From IMG/VR virus record IMGVR_UViG_3300018424_007835, positions 45,718-109,717 of that record: a stretch of 64,000 nucleotides of DNA. The stretch is one strand, 5' to 3'. Position numbers and translations under genes: made by a program. Under the pieces are notes generated by a model. It had not been told where the DNA came from. It ran no database searches and worked only from the letters and a program-made list of their open reading frames with translations. Positions 37,232-47,280 of the stretch are shown here, piece after piece. This DNA comes from a virus. Numbering within the stretch: the stretch's first letter is position 1; the number at the start of each line of letters is the position of its first letter.

Positions 37232-38236
37232 ATGGCTACTTACACCGGTTATGATCGCACTGCTCGTGCTAAGAGGGCGGGCATGGAAATGCTCGTTGAT
37301 CTTATTGAGGCGTATTTTGGTTTGTGGAATAATGGTACGCTTGTTGTGCGCAATATGCGTGGCAAGTCTAAGCCAAGTGTTCATTCGACCGGTAGGGCTG
37401 CTGATGTGTCGTGGCGGGGCGGCAACTATCGTGGTACTGGTAATTACGCTGATTGTGAGAAGCTGTGTGACTTTTTGACCGAGAATGCCGAGGAGCTTGG
37501 CATTGAGTTGCTGCTTGATTACTGGCCACGACCTCACGGGCGTGGGTGGAGGTGCGACCGGAATGCTTGGCGTACCTACACTAGCCATGCAATGAGTGGG
37601 TCGCCGGGTGGCGACTGGCTTCATTTCGAAATTAGCAATGAGCATGCGGATGACGCCCAGCATTATGTTGATGTTTTCCAGCGGCTGCTTGGTGATCCCC
37701 CGAAGGCGATTAAGACTCCCCCTGCAAGAAAGACTGCTCGCAAGCCTGCTGGTAAGGACCCTTGGTTGCAGGTGGGGTCGAAGGGAGATCAAGTCAAGGA
37801 AATTCAGGCCGTGGTTGGGGTTGAGGCGGATGGTGCTTTCGGTCCGCTTACCGAGGCGGCGGTGAAGAAGTGGCAGGCTGAGCACGATTTGTTTGTAGAC
37901 GGAATTGTCGGGCCCGATACGTACAAGGCTATGACTGATCCTAGCACTGCTGTGGTTGCGGATGATGGACCGTCTGCGGCAGACAAGGTAGAGGATAGGA
38001 CTGAGGCGGCTCCTACCCCCGCCCCGGCCCCTGCCCCCGAGTATCCTGGGCGCCCTATCCGCAATGGGTGGCGGGGCGATGTAGTGAAAGCCATTCAAGC
38101 TAAGGTTGGTGCTCAGCCGGTCGACGGGTTCTTTGGCCCCAAGACACACGGAGTTATTGTAAACTGGCAGACGGCCAATGGCCTACGTCAAGACGGTGTT
38201 GTCGGTCCGCTTACCTGGGCAAAGATGTTTGGGTAA
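37232..38236 (+). CDS. Endolysin: M15-like zinc peptidase plus peptidoglycan-binding domains
   Basis: R.....SVHSTGRAAD...WLHFE; two PG-binding repeats (DG.FGP.T...WQ...L..DG.VGP.T). Confidence 0.85.
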   Translation: MATYTGYDRTARAKRAGMEMLVDLIEAYFGLWNNGTLVVRNMRGKSKPSVHSTGRAADVSWRGGNYRGTGNYADCEKLCDFLTENAEELGIELLLDYWPRPHGRGWRCDRNAWRTYTSHAMSGSPGGDWLHFEISNEHADDAQHYVDVFQRLLGDPPKAIKTPPARKTARKPAGKDPWLQVGSKGDQVKEIQAVVGVEADGAFGPLTEAAVKKWQAEHDLFVDGIVGPDTYKAMTDPSTAVVADDGPSAADKVEDRTEAAPTPAPAPAPEYPGRPIRNGWRGDVVKAIQAKVGAQPVDGFFGPKTHGVIVNWQTANGLRQDGVVGPLTWAKMFG

Positions 38237-38607
38237 TGGCCGAAGGGCTTGAGTACTTTTACAAAGCAAAAGTTGATAGAGTTGTAGACGGCGACACTAT
38301 TGATTTTATCGTTGATCTTGGTTTTAGTGTTTTTCATAAAATACGAGTTCGTCTGTATGGTGTAAATACGCCGGAATCCCGAACAAAAGACTTACAGGAA
38401 AAAGCTTTGGGTCTCGCAGCAAAAGAGTATGTAGATGACTGGTTCGATGGCTGTTCTAATGTTTTTATACAGACCTTAAAAGACAGCGGTGGTAAGTATG
38501 GCCGTATTTTAGCGTATGTGTACGCTGATGACGCTAAGACGGCTTGTTTGAATACGCAGATTATTGACGCTGGCCACGGTGTTGAGTACTTTGGTGGCAA
38601 GCGTTAG
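38236..38607 (+). CDS. Thermonuclease (SNase-like)
   Basis: RVVDGDTID, RVRLYGVNTPE, GKYGRILA. Confidence 0.92.
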   Translation: MAEGLEYFYKAKVDRVVDGDTIDFIVDLGFSVFHKIRVRLYGVNTPESRTKDLQEKALGLAAKEYVDDWFDGCSNVFIQTLKDSGGKYGRILAYVYADDAKTACLNTQIIDAGHGVEYFGGKR

Positions 38608-38608
38608 A

Positions 38609-38637
38609 TTGACAGGCGTTACGGTGTTTGCTATACT
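38609..38637 (+). promoter_or_regulatory. Promoter TTGACA-17-TATACT, leaderless to ATG 38644
   Basis: Consensus boxes; ATG 6 nt downstream. Confidence 0.8.
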
Positions 38638-38643
38638 ACGGGT

Positions 38644-39180
38644 ATGGTACAAGTAAACAGTGGTCTTATCGGCAAACCTTGGGCAAACCCTCTTGACAGA
38701 ACAAAGGATGCTGTCAATACCTTGATTAAACAGGGTGGTGTTATTTCAACCGACCCTAAAAGTCCGCTGTATCCTTCGCTAGTACAAATGTCTAAAGCAG
38801 GCTTTCTGGAGCACGATATCGACGCTGGAGTTTTTCGGTGCGGCCCAGAGTTTGAAGACCTACTAATATCATTATCAAAGTCTAATTCTACTTACGCTGA
38901 AGCGTTGGCCCATTATCGTGACATGGTTCGCAGCATGATGATTGACACCGCCGCACACAGCACCACGGCATCCGAGATGGAAAAGTTAGGCAGCAGCGCT
39001 CATCGTATGCTTTTTTTAGCCAACGAGCTACAAGACTTAAAAGATAGAATCTCCGCCCTTGAGTCAGGCATTTCCAGTTTGCGAGAGACCACTAAAATGA
39101 TGCAGACCGAAATGGCCGAAATGGACGTTTCGCTGGCGGCGGCAGAGTCGGCGGTGTTTGGTGAGAATTCTGACAGCTAA
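38644..39180 (+). CDS. Hypothetical protein with C-terminal coiled coil
   Basis: Heptad pattern LQDLKDRISALESGISSL. Confidence 0.7.
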   Translation: MVQVNSGLIGKPWANPLDRTKDAVNTLIKQGGVISTDPKSPLYPSLVQMSKAGFLEHDIDAGVFRCGPEFEDLLISLSKSNSTYAEALAHYRDMVRSMMIDTAAHSTTASEMEKLGSSAHRMLFLANELQDLKDRISALESGISSLRETTKMMQTEMAEMDVSLAAAESAVFGENSDS

Positions 39181-39418
39181 CGCCAGAGTACTCCTTATGG
39201 TGCTTGAAAATCCTGACATGACTCAGAAGCAGATCGCTGACGAACTTGGCATGCGCTTCCAGCATGTTTGGCGTGCGTTAGACCGCCTCGTCAAAGAAGG
39301 CGTCCTTCGCAAAGAACGGACAAACCGTCGCACATATTTTTATGCCGCACCAGGCTTTGCGGAATTAGAAGACATCCGACGGCTGCAGGCTTGCATTTCT
39401 GCGTCGAGTGTGATATAA
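39161..39418 (+). CDS. Winged helix-turn-helix (MarR-like) regulator
   Basis: ENPDMTQKQIADELG...VWRALDRLVKEGVL...RR..Y. Confidence 0.82.
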   Translation: MRILTANARVLLMVLENPDMTQKQIADELGMRFQHVWRALDRLVKEGVLRKERTNRRTYFYAAPGFAELEDIRRLQACISASSVI

Positions 39419-39426
39419 TGTCTACT

Positions 39427-40191
39427 ATGACAGCACCAAAAATACTGTATTATGACATTGAGACAGCACCTAACTTGAGCTACGTTTGGGGCCAGCACGA
39501 ACAAAACGTGATTGAGCACGAGCGAGAGTGGTATATGCTCTGCTTCGCCTACCGGTGGGAGCATCAGAAAAAGACTCAGGTTGTGGCGCTGCCCGACTTT
39601 GCGGATACGTACAAGAAGGACCCAGAGGACGACATGCAGGTTGTTCTTTCTTTGTGGGGCCTGCTCAACGAAGCTGATGTTGTGGTTGCCCATAATGGTG
39701 ACCGCTTTGATCTTCGCAAGGCCAATGCACGTTTCGTTGCCCACGGTTTGGGACCGGTGTCTCCTGTGCGCCAGATTGACACTTTGAAAGTTGCCAGGAA
39801 GTACTTCATGTTCAATTCTAACAAACTTGACCATCTTGGGCAGCATCTTGGTTTGGGCCGTAAGGTGAATACTGGAGGGTTTGAGACGTGGGCGGGTTGC
39901 ATGCGTGGCGACATGAAGATGTGGAAGCTGATGACAAAGTACGCTAAGCAGGATGTAGATTTGTTGCGCAGCGTTTATTTTGAGCTTCGCCCGTGGATGA
40001 CTGACCACCCTAACTTTAATGTGTACAACGGCGGAAGTTCCTGCCCGACTTGCGGTTCTGATGATATCGAACCTAGTGGGTACAAGTATACGCAGGTTGC
40101 GACCTATCAGCAGTGGCTCTGCGCAGATTGTGGTGCATGGTCTAAGAGCCGTTTGGCTGAATCCGTTGAAGCCCCAGAGATCACGCCATGA
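39427..40191 (+). CDS. RNase H-like 3'-5' exonuclease with C-terminal zinc ribbon
   Basis: YDIET, AHNGDRFD, DTL, YAKQDV; CPTC...CADC; leaderless from TTGCAT-17-TATAAT (39391-39419). Confidence 0.88.
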   Translation: MTAPKILYYDIETAPNLSYVWGQHEQNVIEHEREWYMLCFAYRWEHQKKTQVVALPDFADTYKKDPEDDMQVVLSLWGLLNEADVVVAHNGDRFDLRKANARFVAHGLGPVSPVRQIDTLKVARKYFMFNSNKLDHLGQHLGLGRKVNTGGFETWAGCMRGDMKMWKLMTKYAKQDVDLLRSVYFELRPWMTDHPNFNVYNGGSSCPTCGSDDIEPSGYKYTQVATYQQWLCADCGAWSKSRLAESVEAPEITP

Positions 40192-40436
40192 TGTACGACT
40201 CAGATTCTATTGAAGACGATTTATATGAGCAGGCCCCTGACAAGTTGTATACGTCTAGGGACCGTCAAACGTGGTATGCGTGTTATGATGACGAGTTGTG
40301 TTTGTTGACAAATGCTGGCGGGGAGCTTAAAGCTTACTGCTATGATTCGAAGCCAGAGTATCGTGATATTCGTTCTAAGATTATTGAAGCTTACAACTTG
40401 AGGCGGTCGAAGGTTATTGAGTATGAAGAATATTGA
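40188..40436 (+). CDS. Hypothetical protein
   Basis: Translationally coupled between the exonuclease and polymerase genes. Confidence 0.65.
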   Translation: MMYDSDSIEDDLYEQAPDKLYTSRDRQTWYACYDDELCLLTNAGGELKAYCYDSKPEYRDIRSKIIEAYNLRRSKVIEYEEY

Positions 40437-42366
40437 TGAGTATTCTATAACTCTGTTTGATGACTGGTTGCATGAGAATCGTAACGATACCGCCGACTTG
40501 GGTAATGTAACGCTTGTTCGCTCTGATGAGCAGTTTGGCGATTTTAGTGACTGGCTGCTGAAGGGCAAGCGCCCCCTGGCCTATGACATTGAGGCTAGCG
40601 GCCTTGATACTTATTCTCCGCACTGGGTTATTAAGTCTATTCAGTGGGGTGACTGTGATGACGCTTGGGTGTTCATTTGGGGCGATCCCTGGTTTCAGCG
40701 GTCTATTGACATTGTCATGGAACGCACGGATTATCGGCTGCTTGCCCATAATGCCACCTTTGATGCGTTGGGGCTGGATCGTCATGGGCACGTTGATGCC
40801 CTTGATATTTTGGCTAGAACTTTTGATACGAAGATTTTGTCACATTTGGCTGATCCGAGGAGCCGGGTTGAGGGTGGCGTAGGGCATGGTCTGAAGAACT
40901 TGGCTGCGCATCATGTTGATAAGTCGGCACCGGATTCTGACGCTGCTTTGAAGCAGATCTTCAAGGAGCATAAGTGGTCTAACAAAGAGGGGTGGAAGAA
41001 CATTCCTGCGGCTCATCCCACGTTGGTACAGTATGCTGGTATGGATGTTATTCTGACTGCCCGTCTTTTCCCTAAGCTTCGTGATGAGATTAAGCGGAAG
41101 ACAATGGATCATTTGGTTAAGTATGAGCATCAGATTTTGATGCTGGTCGCTGCTATGGAGCGTCGGGGTATGCGTATTGATATTGATTATGCCCGTAAGC
41201 TGATTCGTGACATGACTGTGGATGAGAAGAACCATATTGAGATTGTTCAGGGCTTGGGTGTTGAGAATCATAATGCCACTAAGGATGTGGCTGAGGGGCT
41301 TCGCTCTTTGGGGGTGCGCCTAACTGAGGTTACGCCGACTGGTGCAACTAAGGTTGATAAAACTATTTTGGATGAGATTCGTGCGGATGAGTCTGCTGAT
41401 CCTCGTGCCCGCATGCTGGCGGAGTCTGTGACGGCTGCGAAAAACTCCGCAAAGTGGCGTGATTCGTATGTTACTGCTTCATTGGAGACAATGGACGCCA
41501 ATGGCCGGGTTCATCCGAAGATCAATAGTTTGCAGGCCCGTACTGGGAGGATGTCAATAAATAACCCACCGTTGCAGCAGCTGCCCTCTGGGGGGGATGC
41601 TATACGTCGTATGTTTTTGGCTGAGGAGGGGTGCCGTATGGCATCTATTGACTTTTCAGGCGTGGAGCTTCGTGTTCTTGCTGCACTATCTCAAGATCCG
41701 GTTATGCTGAAGGTTTTCAGCGAGGGGCTAGATTTGCACCAAACCACCGCTGACAGCACGGGCGTGTCTAGGAAGGTCGCCAAGACGGTTAATTTTGGCA
41801 AGGTGTATGGTGCTGGGCCCAAGACCTTGGCACGTCAGTCTGGGTTGAGCGTGGAGGATGCTCAGAAGGTGTGTGACCTTTTTGATGACACTTACAAGGG
41901 TGTGACCTCGTTTGCCCATCAGCTAGCCTTCCCCATCAAGAAAGGTGAGCGAACTTTTGTAGTTACCCACACTGGTAGGAAGCTTCCTGTGGATGCTGAG
42001 CGACCATATGCGGCTTTGAACTACTGTATCCAGTCTACTGCCCGTGATGTGTTGGGTCGTGCTATGATTAAAGTACACGAGGCGGGGTTGTGGGATTATG
42101 CGGTACTCCCGATCCACGATGAGATTCTGTTTTCCTTCCCCGAGAAGGACGCTGAGGAGTTGTGCCGTCAAGCTGGGGTTGTCATGGAGATGGTTTTAAA
42201 GGATGTGCATATTTCGACTGAACCTGACCTGGGGGGAGGGTCGTGGGGTACGTTATATACAGCGGGTGAGCACGAGGTGATTGAGTTGACCGATCAGGAT
42301 CGCATGAAGTACGGCGACACTCATCTTGTTGAACATTTGTTTACGTCACCTAAGTTTGAATTTTGA
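40423..42366 (+). CDS. polA: DNA polymerase family A (3'-5' exonuclease plus polymerase)
   Basis: YDIEASG, HNATFD, RTGRMS, DFSGVELRVLA, RKVAKTVNFGKVYG, IQSTA, IHDEI. Confidence 0.96.
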   Translation: MKNIDEYSITLFDDWLHENRNDTADLGNVTLVRSDEQFGDFSDWLLKGKRPLAYDIEASGLDTYSPHWVIKSIQWGDCDDAWVFIWGDPWFQRSIDIVMERTDYRLLAHNATFDALGLDRHGHVDALDILARTFDTKILSHLADPRSRVEGGVGHGLKNLAAHHVDKSAPDSDAALKQIFKEHKWSNKEGWKNIPAAHPTLVQYAGMDVILTARLFPKLRDEIKRKTMDHLVKYEHQILMLVAAMERRGMRIDIDYARKLIRDMTVDEKNHIEIVQGLGVENHNATKDVAEGLRSLGVRLTEVTPTGATKVDKTILDEIRADESADPRARMLAESVTAAKNSAKWRDSYVTASLETMDANGRVHPKINSLQARTGRMSINNPPLQQLPSGGDAIRRMFLAEEGCRMASIDFSGVELRVLAALSQDPVMLKVFSEGLDLHQTTADSTGVSRKVAKTVNFGKVYGAGPKTLARQSGLSVEDAQKVCDLFDDTYKGVTSFAHQLAFPIKKGERTFVVTHTGRKLPVDAERPYAALNYCIQSTARDVLGRAMIKVHEAGLWDYAVLPIHDEILFSFPEKDAEELCRQAGVVMEMVLKDVHISTEPDLGGGSWGTLYTAGEHEVIELTDQDRMKYGDTHLVEHLFTSPKFEF

Positions 42367-42539
42367 GGCGAGATTACTCCCACAATTTGAAGTTTAAACA
42401 CAAAATTTGTTAATTACTCACAAAAGTGCTGGCAAATACTTGCAATTTGTCCAGAAGTGTAGTATACTTACTACTTATTCCCCCACCAAATCAGACTCGT
42501 GTCGCATATACACGCAGTCTTTAACATAAAGGAGCAATA

Positions 42540-43466
42540 GTGACAGGGTACGTTAATAGTTCCAAGCACCGGATTCTCAGCCGAGATGAAGAAGTCGTTC
42601 TGGGGCGTGCGGTACGAGCAGGACTAGCTGCCGACAAGAAACTTAATCATTCCCATATTGAGGGCATCCAGTTGACTTATCTTGAGCGCCGGAAGTTGAA
42701 TGCCGACATTAAGGAGGGGAAGCGGGCCAAAGACACCTTTGTTACGCACAATCTTCGGTTGGCGATGGACACGGCAGCAAAGTACGCTCGCTCCCAAAGC
42801 CGTCTAGAGTACGAAGATCTTATTCAAGAGGCCACGATTGGTTTAATGCGTGCGGTAGATAAGTTTGATCCCGAGAAGGGCTTCAAGTTCTCCACGTATG
42901 CGACATGGTGGTGCCGCCAAGCTTGTCAGCGGGCTATTGCTAACTTTGGGCGGGCTATACGGCTTCCCATGCATGTTGAAGCTGATGTGCGGAAGTTGGC
43001 GGCGGTGGTTGATGAGTTCAGCACCAGGCAGCATGGCTTTAGCCGAGAGGACATTGCGGACCATTTGGATTGGGATCTTGACCACTTGGATGACATTTGG
43101 CACCATATGGAAAACAGCAGGCTGGAATCTTTGGATAATCCTCTTTCGGAGGATAGTTCGGTAACTCATGCGGACACGTTGGTGGATTACGATCAGACGC
43201 CTGTTGACGAGGAGGGGATTAGGGCTAGTTTCGCCACTGATATCTTGAAGGCGTTGTCAGTGCTGCCTGAGCGTGAGTATAAGGTGCTGATGCTTCACCA
43301 CGGTTTGGGTGATAGTCCTGAGGCTATGACGTTGCAGGCTATTGGTGATATGATGGGTTTGACGAGGGAGCGTGTTCGGCAGCTTGAGGCTAAGGCGATT
43401 GCCAGGTTGAGGCATCCTTCGTCTGGTGTTGCTTGGGCGTTTACGGAGGCTTCTGAGGAAGTTTGA
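42540..43466 (+). CDS. Phage-encoded sigma-70 family factor (RpoD/SigB-like, regions 1.2-4)
   Basis: NLRL, DLIQE..IGLMRAVDKFDPEKGFKFSTYATWW, TL..IG...GLTRERVRQLE. Confidence 0.95.
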   Translation: MTGYVNSSKHRILSRDEEVVLGRAVRAGLAADKKLNHSHIEGIQLTYLERRKLNADIKEGKRAKDTFVTHNLRLAMDTAAKYARSQSRLEYEDLIQEATIGLMRAVDKFDPEKGFKFSTYATWWCRQACQRAIANFGRAIRLPMHVEADVRKLAAVVDEFSTRQHGFSREDIADHLDWDLDHLDDIWHHMENSRLESLDNPLSEDSSVTHADTLVDYDQTPVDEEGIRASFATDILKALSVLPEREYKVLMLHHGLGDSPEAMTLQAIGDMMGLTRERVRQLEAKAIARLRHPSSGVAWAFTEASEEV

Positions 43467-43472
43467 GGGTTT

Positions 43473-43555
43473 GCCCCTGTGGCGAAATTGGCAAACGCAG
43501 CGGACTCAAAATCCGTGGCCCGTTGGGCTTGTGGGTTCGATTCCCACCAGGGGTA
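43473..43555 (+). tRNA. tRNA-Leu(CAA)
   Basis: Acceptor GCCCCTG/CAGGGGT; anticodon arm GCGGA-CTCAAAA-TCCGT; long variable arm; GGTTCGATTCC; CCA not encoded. Confidence 0.93.
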
Positions 43556-43608
43556 CAAATTTGACATTCTAATGGTAGTGTGTTATACTTGTCGGGTAAA
43601 GGAGCGTT

Positions 43609-44130
43609 GTGAATATTTTTTTTGTAGATGAAAATCCTGTTGTTGCTGCTCAAAGTTTGTGTGACAAGCATCAAGGTAAAATGCTTGTAGAGAGTGTGCA
43701 AATGATGGTGTCTGCTTTGCGTAGGCATGGTGCTGCGGATGCAGATGTTCCGTTGACTGCTAAGGGGACTCCACATAAAGGGGGGTATGCTAATCATCCA
43801 AGTACTCGCTGGGTCGGTGATTCTTTAAGCAACTTTACGTGGTTGTTTGATCATTCTGTTGCTCTTGCTGATGAGTTTGCTCTTAGGTTTGGTAAGGAAC
43901 ATGCTTGTGCTCGCCAACTAGATGCTGTGCGTGCTTCAGCTTGTATGGTGCCGGATGTTCCGATGACGGCTGTGCCGTTGTGTGTTGGCGATGAGCTGCA
44001 TGCCAAGTACGGCACCACGGCTGTTTTGTCGGAAGCAGTTGACATTTATCGTGAATTCTATATAATAGACAAAGCCAGTTTCGCTAAATGGTTGAAAGGT
44101 CGTCCTTCTCCTGATTGGTGGAATTGTTAA
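43609..44130 (+). CDS. Pyrimidine-dimer DNA glycosylase-like (T4 DenV family) protein
   Basis: MNIF.......AA..LCDKH..KM..E..QM, NHPST.W, YR.FY; upstream TTGACA...TATACT. Confidence 0.82.
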   Translation: MNIFFVDENPVVAAQSLCDKHQGKMLVESVQMMVSALRRHGAADADVPLTAKGTPHKGGYANHPSTRWVGDSLSNFTWLFDHSVALADEFALRFGKEHACARQLDAVRASACMVPDVPMTAVPLCVGDELHAKYGTTAVLSEAVDIYREFYIIDKASFAKWLKGRPSPDWWNC

Positions 44131-44159
44131 TCTTAATGTATTAGGAGGTACTACAAAGT

Positions 44160-44360
44160 ATGGAAACCAATATTAATGTAGACTTGCAAGCGGTTATCGC
44201 TGATTTGCTTGACCAAATTAAGCGTCTTACTGGGGACAATGCTGTTCTTCGTACCGTTGTTAGGCAGATGCAGCAGGAAGAAGAAGCTAAGGCTGCTCAA
44301 GTTTCCGCCGTTTCCCCAGACGCAGCAGAGGCCCCAAAAGGTCGAGCTAAGGCGAGCTAG
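44160..44360 (+). CDS. Small coiled-coil protein
   Basis: AGGAGG RBS; heptad repeats. Confidence 0.7.
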   Translation: METNINVDLQAVIADLLDQIKRLTGDNAVLRTVVRQMQQEEEAKAAQVSAVSPDAAEAPKGRAKAS

Positions 44361-44400
44361 TTACGCCCCCTTCGATGTATAATATACGTAAGGAGGGATC

Positions 44401-44745
44401 ATGGCTGCTGGTTCATACGACATGACCTGCGAGCAGGGCACAACTTTTATAAGGACGCTAACTGTCAAAAATCCAGATGGGTCATTAAGAGACTTTACGG
44501 ATTTTACCGGCAGGATGCATGTGCGTCGCAGGATTACTGATATTACACCAATTATAGAGCTGACATCAGAGAATGGGCGGTTGTCTTTAAACTCTGATGG
44601 TCAGATTGTTGTGAGTCTATCTGCGTCTGAGACAGCAGCCATGACCGATGGCGGTGTGTATGATTTAGAAATAGAAAACTCCACTGGAGATGTCGAGCGG
44701 GTCATAGAAGGCCAGTTTAATTTCAAATTTGAGGTTACAAGATAA
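44401..44745 (+). CDS. Baseplate/fibre-attachment beta-sandwich protein
   Basis: AGSYD...EQG.TF, GVYDLEI...RVIEG; paralog of 53407-53748. Confidence 0.7.
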   Translation: MAAGSYDMTCEQGTTFIRTLTVKNPDGSLRDFTDFTGRMHVRRRITDITPIIELTSENGRLSLNSDGQIVVSLSASETAAMTDGGVYDLEIENSTGDVERVIEGQFNFKFEVTR

Positions 44746-44969
44746 TGTTTAGTTATGAAGCAGATACAACGCTTAAGGCAGCTTGGTCAACAATTGTTGA
44801 GCTACAGGAGCAGGTGTTAGACTTGAAGTCTAAGCTTATAGTTGCGGAGCAGGTGGTAAAAGAGTTAGTTTACTCAGAGGCACAGGTTGAGCAATTCCCG
44901 CAGGAGCAGACGGAAGGTACGGAGAGTGTGCCTTTCCCCGCAGATGCTGATGTTACAGCACTTGACTGA
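44745..44969 (+). CDS. Small coiled-coil protein
   Basis: TAATG coupling. Confidence 0.6.
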   Translation: MFSYEADTTLKAAWSTIVELQEQVLDLKSKLIVAEQVVKELVYSEAQVEQFPQEQTEGTESVPFPADADVTALD

Positions 44970-44972
44970 GTT

Positions 44973-45302
44973 ATGCAGGAATTAAATTGGAACAAAGACG
45001 GCCATCGTTTACTGTTAAACATAAACAAATCGTCGCTTGATGTGGCCCCCGGCATTTGCCCAAATGGTGCAAGTGAGGGGGCCGCTTGCTATCATAGAGG
45101 CATTCAATCTTGCTTGGTTAACCACTTTATAAATGTGTTTGGATTAGAAACCAACACAGGCACCGTGGCCGCTTCAGACATTATTGAGATTGCTTGGTGC
45201 AGCGAAGGCAATGAATGGGACATTGATTTGGTGGAGTTTTTAATGATACCAGTTAATGACCCACATTTTCATGATTGGTACATAGGTATAACCAGCGAGT
45301 AG
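44973..45302 (+). CDS. Hypothetical protein
   Basis: ORF in operon context. Confidence 0.65.
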   Translation: MQELNWNKDGHRLLLNINKSSLDVAPGICPNGASEGAACYHRGIQSCLVNHFINVFGLETNTGTVAASDIIEIAWCSEGNEWDIDLVEFLMIPVNDPHFHDWYIGITSE

Positions 45303-45359
45303 TTGAAGAACCCTTCATAATTTCGGTAGACTTTATATGAAGGTATTTTTGGAGGAACC

Positions 45360-45665
45360 GTGGCTGAGTATGTGCTTTCGCATCCTTTTAGAATTGACAA
45401 TGATAACGGTCGCCCTGCGACTGTCTATTCGGATTCTGCAACTTACAAAGCTGAGCAGATTAATTCTATCATTCGCACAGAAAAAGATGAGCGGCCTCTG
45501 TTGGACCGTTTTGGAATGAATGATCCCACGTTCCATAGGTTTGACGCAGCAGAGTTTTTGTCGACGGTTCGACGTTTTTACGATCAGGAAGAGTTGCTTA
45601 TCACGGATATAAAAGTTAAGTCTGTCAGTGGCGTGGACGCTGATGTGTTGATTGAGTTTGAGTGA
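45360..45665 (+). CDS. Baseplate wedge protein (gp25/gpW-like)
   Basis: LSHPFRI, T...ERP....FG..DP; directly before baseplate J; GGAGG RBS. Confidence 0.8.
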   Translation: MAEYVLSHPFRIDNDNGRPATVYSDSATYKAEQINSIIRTEKDERPLLDRFGMNDPTFHRFDAAEFLSTVRRFYDQEELLITDIKVKSVSGVDADVLIEFE

Positions 45666-45672
45666 GGTTGCT

Positions 45673-47268
45673 GTGGCTAATTCCCCTGATGTAAGTATTT
45701 ATAAGGATCTTACTATTTTTGATGAAGATCCTGTGGCGATCCTTAACACTATTCTTGAAGGTGGGCGGGCGTTGCTGCCAAACTGGTCACCGCAGGCGGG
45801 GCAGATTGAAGTGGTCCTTGCTGAAATTTTCGCAGACCGCTCCGCTCAGGTTGTGGCCGGGATTAATAGGCTACCGTCTGCGACTGCTGAGGTCCTGCTT
45901 CAACTGTTCGGTCTGACCCGCAGCGACGGCACCAAGGCTACCGCTAGCATAAATATTGTACAAAGCGCACTAAACACGGCGCTGCCAGCAGGGACAGAGT
46001 TTCTGTACGTTGATGCGGTGACTAATATTTCTTACATTTACACATTGGACGAGGATTTTATTGCTTCTGCGGCTAATGTTGCCCAAGCAGCCGCTGTAAC
46101 GGCTTTGGACATTGGGCAGTCGTACAATGTTTCCACTGGTGGCGGCCCGTTGTCACTTCTTACGAGCAGCCCCACGTTTGTTTCGGCAGTTTTTAGCACG
46201 GACCCTTCTGGGGGTTTAAACGCTGAAACAGACGCAGAGTATTTTGACCGTGGTGTTGCGTTGCTTGCTAGTTATACAACTGCGACGACTACTGCAAATC
46301 AAATTAAGAATTATGTGGGGACGAATAAGTCGTATGCTTATCGTGTTGCTGCTTATAATCGCAGGAAGTATAGGGATCGGGATACGACTTCTTCTTCGTA
46401 TGGTGTTCATGATGGTTATGTTTTGGTTGCTGTGGCCGGGCAGACTGATGTTGCTAGTGCAGCGGCTACTGAGGTGGTGGTGTCGGCCTCTGATTTGTTT
46501 GATTTGCATACGTCTTTAGAGGAGCGCACTCCTTCTGGTTTGTCGGTTGAGGTGATGTCTGCTGAGTTGGCGAAGGTGCATGTTACGGCGTCTGTGAAAG
46601 CGTTGGATGGTTATACTTTTAGTTCTGTTAAGGCTGCGGTTGAGGCTGCGTTGCAGGACTATCTTTCTCCTAATTCTTGGGATTGGGAAAATCAGCGTGT
46701 CCGCCGGAATGAGATTATTTCTACGATTGATGCGGTGGAGGGTGTTGATTATGTTGATACTTTGTCTATGGACGCTGTTTCTGCTGTTGGGTCTAGTAAT
46801 GTTGGGTATTACGACGTTTCGGGTGGAACAAGAACTACGGTGTCGCTGACGACTTCGGGTGTTACCGATGGGACATATGAGGCGGGCGACCTTGGTTTTT
46901 ATTATGTGGATGCTCGAACCGGGCCCCCGGTGATTTATAAATTTGTGAATACGGGGCAGGTTACTGTTACGGGCGGAGCGGCTACTGCTATCTTTGAGGC
47001 GGTGGCTGAGGGTATTAATTATAATGAGAGTGCTAACGGTGGCAAAGTTGATCGTACGGCGACGCTTATTGGTACGGGAACTGCTGCTGCAGCCCTTGGT
47101 ACTGCGAGTGTGGCTGCCACCTCGTTCTTTGCTGGGGGTAGCGATAACATCAACCAGTTTACAGTTTTGAACAATGCTTCTCCGACAGCGAATGTTTCGA
47201 CAGATATTGTTTTACGTAACTTAGGTACGCTGGTGACGTATGGTACGTTGACAATTACTGAGGCGTGA
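45673..47268 (+). CDS. Baseplate J-like protein
   Basis: LFGLTR..G..A, LPAGT, GG..AETD.EY, IDAVEGVDYV. Confidence 0.88.
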   Translation: MANSPDVSIYKDLTIFDEDPVAILNTILEGGRALLPNWSPQAGQIEVVLAEIFADRSAQVVAGINRLPSATAEVLLQLFGLTRSDGTKATASINIVQSALNTALPAGTEFLYVDAVTNISYIYTLDEDFIASAANVAQAAAVTALDIGQSYNVSTGGGPLSLLTSSPTFVSAVFSTDPSGGLNAETDAEYFDRGVALLASYTTATTTANQIKNYVGTNKSYAYRVAAYNRRKYRDRDTTSSSYGVHDGYVLVAVAGQTDVASAAATEVVVSASDLFDLHTSLEERTPSGLSVEVMSAELAKVHVTASVKALDGYTFSSVKAAVEAALQDYLSPNSWDWENQRVRRNEIISTIDAVEGVDYVDTLSMDAVSAVGSSNVGYYDVSGGTRTTVSLTTSGVTDGTYEAGDLGFYYVDARTGPPVIYKFVNTGQVTVTGGAATAIFEAVAEGINYNESANGGKVDRTATLIGTGTAAAALGTASVAATSFFAGGSDNINQFTVLNNASPTANVSTDIVLRNLGTLVTYGTLTITEA

Positions 47269-47280
47269 TGGGGGGCGTGA

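Noticed and set aside
37211-38149. 312-aa minus-strand ORF, and similar ones (5036-5833, 47709-48497, 54315-55025, 14864-15625)
   Set aside because: Antisense shadows of well-supported + strand genes caused by codon bias; no motifs or RBS.
43473-43555. tRNA as a prophage attachment site
   Set aside because: No integrase, no duplicated tRNA 3' end, and phage genes continue on both sides.
45337-45519. 60-aa ORF overlapping the gp25-like gene
   Set aside because: Out-of-frame overlap with a gene that has a GGAGG RBS and clear motifs.
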